NCBI GenBank assembly: GCA_049999805.1 | Contig: JBNGIO010006342.1 | Coordinates: forward strand, 227,778 to 279,240 | Direction of reading: 5' to 3' | Length of the DNA: 51,463 nucleotides | Source: Folioceros fuciformis | Lineage: Eukaryota | Shown: positions 48,314 to 51,463 of the stretch, piece by piece | Numbering within the stretch: position 1 is the first letter of the stretch | Layout: each line of letters opens with the position of its first letter | Position numbers and translations under genes: made by a program | Notes under the pieces: model-generated | Databases searched by the model: none | Seen by the model: only the letters and a program-made list of their open reading frames with translations | What the model was told of the DNA's origin: nothing

Positions 48314-51300
48314 ACTTAAGCTGACCAGGTCCTCCTGGCCGATCTATCTCTGAGCTTGGGAAGCTTGCATCTAAGCCCGCAAGTGAGGGAAGTGATGGCA
48401 AAAGGCTGCGGGTTCCCTAGTCGTAGCACTGTCGGGTTCACCTGTCCAGGACACGAGGAAGTCTGTCACACAACGAGAACGGAGCTGGCGATCGCGGCGC
48501 TGGAGGATACAGTGGGGCTGGTGAGGGCCAAAACTTGGCAGCTGGGCTAGGGTTTTTGAACCAGAGCAGTCTGGAACGGCAGGAGTTGCCAGGGGGNNNN
48601 NNNNNNNNNNNNNNNNNNNNNNNNNNNNNNNNNNNNNNNNNNNNNNNNNNNNNNNNNNNNNNNNNNNNNNNNNNNNNNNNNNNNNNNNNNNNNNNNTGGC
48701 AGCGGGTGGTGGGCGGGAGATCACCGGTTTGAGCATGGAGACGTGAAACGTCCTGCAGAGACACCAATCAGCGGGAAGGTCGAGTTGATCTGCCTGGACA
48801 CTGTGAAGGGTCCAGCGTACTGGTAGGATAGCTTATCCCGTGACTGGATCAGAGCTGGGTAGCGGTGAGGCTTCACACGAAGCCACACTTGTTGGCCGAC
48901 GCTGTAGCAGACTGCCCGGCGATGCTTGTTGGCTGTTTTACAGTATCTGTCCCGGGTAGCGAGGAGTTTCTCCTTCGCCAACTTGACCTCATGCTAGATA
49001 TCCTCTGCAACCTCACCTGGTGATGGTAGAGTTTCTCCATAGAGTAGCTTGAACGGGGCCACTCCTGTAGCAACGTGCTTCGACGAGTTGTAGACATACT
49101 CCAGCACATGGAGGAGTTCTTCCCACCTTGTTTGTTTCTCATGGGGAGGTGACGAAGCATATCTTCCAGGACCTGGTTCTGTTTCTCTATTTGGCCGTTT
49201 GTCTCTGGGTAATACGCTGACGACAAGTTTTGCTTGATGCCTAGGGTTTCCATGAAGGTTTTCATGAACCCTGAAGTGAACTTAGGATCCCGGTCAGAGA
49301 CGATGTCTTCTGGGGCTCCATGCAACATGAAGATTTCCCGGACAAAGACTCCAACCAGCTTGGATGCTGTGATGGTGGAGGTCACAGGAACAAAGTGGCA
49401 GACCTTGGAGAACTTGTCAGTGACCACCTAGATACTATCTTTTCCAGATCGGGTACGTGGCAGGTGAGTGATGAAATCCATAGCAATTGACTTGAACCGT
49501 CCACTTGGAATTTGTAGGGGTAACAGCAGGCCCGGCGTCTTCTGATGGCTGGGCTTGGCTTGCTGACAGGACTACTAGGAGCGCACCCATTCGATGCACT
49601 CAGCGCGTATCGCTTCCCAATGGAAGTGTTCCTTGACCTTGGCATATGTCTTGTCAATGCCCAAGTGGCCCGAAATTGGTGAATCATGCATGTTATGTAG
49701 GATGGCCTATTTCAACTCCGTGAGTTGTGAAGGGATGACCAGTCTCCCCTTTTGATACACACAAGCATCCATGAGTAAATACAACTGGGTAAGTGCTGTA
49801 GGGACCCCTGTCTGTGCATCTGTCAATAGCTGTCTGTATAGTTTCGACAAGACTGGGTCATGGGGAATTCCATCCCAGACTAACTGGATTGTTTGGGTCT
49901 GGGGTTCTCATGAGGGTGCAGGCACGCCGACTCAAGGCATCTGCAACCACATTAGTTGAGCCTGCTACATACTGGATTTCCAGATGGTAGTCTGCTAGAG
50001 CTTTAGCCCATCGTCACTGCCGAGCATTCAGGTTGGGTTGAGAGAAGAAATGCTGCAAGGAGTGGTGGTCGGTATGACACACCACTTTCTGCCCCAGGAG
50101 GTAATGTCGCCATACCTTCAGGCATGTGTAATGGCCAACATCTCCTTATCATGCACTGGGTAGTTTAGCTATGCTCCTTGCAACTTCCTGCTTTCGTAGG
50201 CGATTGCCCTTCCTTGCTGGGACAGAACTGCCCCTATGGCATAATCTGATGCGTATGTGTAAATGGTGTATGGCATGTGAGGATATGCCACTCCCAGTAT
50301 TGGCGCCGAGCCAAGGGCCTGCTTCAGCTGCTCAAAAGCTACGACAGCCTCGGCTCCCAACTGGATGGGCTTGTTGGTGGAGTGCCGAAGGGCATCCGTC
50401 AGGGGAACAGCGATCCTGCTGAATCCCTTGATAAAGCGTTTGTAGAAGCCGGCCATACCTAGGTACCCTCTGAGTTGGGTCATGTCTTGTGGTAAGGGCC
50501 AGTTCATCACTGCGCTGACCTTACGTGTGTCAACCTGGATGCCCTTTGCATTGATCACATATCCCATGTATTCACACTTTTCTCTCATGAAGACACACTT
50601 GCTTCTCTTGCCGAACAGTGTGTTGACCGGTAGCAAGTCCAGCACCTTCCTAACCAGCTGGAGATGGGTTTCAGGGTCAGGGGTTTAGATGAGAATGTCA
50701 TCCAGGAAGACTTCAACGCCATGTCCCAGCAAGGATCGCAGCACTTCCTGCATGAGACATTGGAAGGTGGCAGGGGCATTGGTAAGACCAAACGGCATTA
50801 CCCTGAATTTGAAATGGTCATGTCGAGTTCGAAAGGCCGTTTTGTGTTCATCTTCTGACCTGATCCGGATCTGGTGGAAGCCAGATATGAGATCAATCTT
50901 GGTGAACAGCTTGGCTCCATGCAACTGGTCGAGGATCTCGTCGATCCTTGGCATCTGGTAGACGTTTCTCACTGTGGCTCGATTGAGCCTTCGATAGCCT
51001 ATGCACAGCCACCATCCTCCATCTGGTTTGGCAACTAAGAGGACTGGAGCACCAAAGGGTGACACAGAAGGTTGTACAAAACCCTTCTGTAAGAACTCAT
51101 CAACTTGTTTTTTGATCTCTTCGTTTTCCATTGCAGATGTCCTATAGGGTTGAACACTAACCAATTTGTGGCCTGGCAGCAGCTCAATGGCATGTTCTAC
51201 GGTTCGTCGAGGAGGGAGCTCCGTGGGTTCAGCAAACACATCTTGATACTCCTGGAGCAGGTCCTTCATGGGCTGTGGGAGCTGGTCCTCGTGAACCTTG

Positions 51301-51463
51301 GCTTCTGCGGCCCTTGACTTCGCAGTGCCTTCTAAGGGAAGCACCTTCTTGATCTTTGCTATGGACAGGAATCTGTCCATGGCAGTTGCTTTATTGAGAG
51401 CAGAGACAACAAACAATTGCTTGTCAGGGAGGTACTGTTCCCCCTGCATGACGTATGTCTGAT

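Larger units (their letters stand above)
47476..51463 (-). mobile_element. Ty3/gypsy chromovirus LTR retrotransposon, degenerate; 5' part lies outside the window
   Basis: Domain order RT ('SPFGAPVLLV', 'KTAFRT', 'VMPFGLTNAPATFQ', 'FLDDIL'), RNase H ('ASDYAIGAVLSQ', 'IAYESRKL'), integrase ('DKFSK', 'IVSDRDPKFTS', 'AGPF'), chromodomain ('PHCILQRRDRQLR...FLVSWTGEPDSATTREP'). Many stops and frameshifts; 100-N gap at 48597-48696. Confidence 0.95.

Overview
Gene-dense nuclear DNA from a seed-free land plant. A hornwort-like genome is my inference, from compact 50-110 bp GT-AG introns, a retained WASH-complex gene and a fern/hornwort-style PLS-E PPR. The window holds about 13 protein-coding genes: a MATE transporter, a PPR carrying an N-terminal OSB-type PDF motif, an ankyrin-PGG membrane protein, a divergent and apparently C-terminally truncated RPB5-like gene, NDUFS4, a plastid-type PDZ-like protein, organellar LysRS, condensin CAP-G, plastid PDH E1-beta, an nsLTP, PRP39, aspartylglucosaminidase and FAM21/WASHC2. 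Three decayed transposons are present: a PIF/Harbinger remnant at the left edge, a TA-flanked pogo-like element between CAP-G and PDH, and a chromodomain Ty3/gypsy element at the right edge whose inferred LTR end lies 10 bp from a tRNA-like sequence. Best leads are the ssDNA-binding PDF motif fused to an RNA-editing-type PPR, the jaw-domain-only RPB5 paralogue, the tRNA-adjacent chromovirus LTR and a candidate poison exon in PRP39. All calls come from manual motif recognition; no searches were run.
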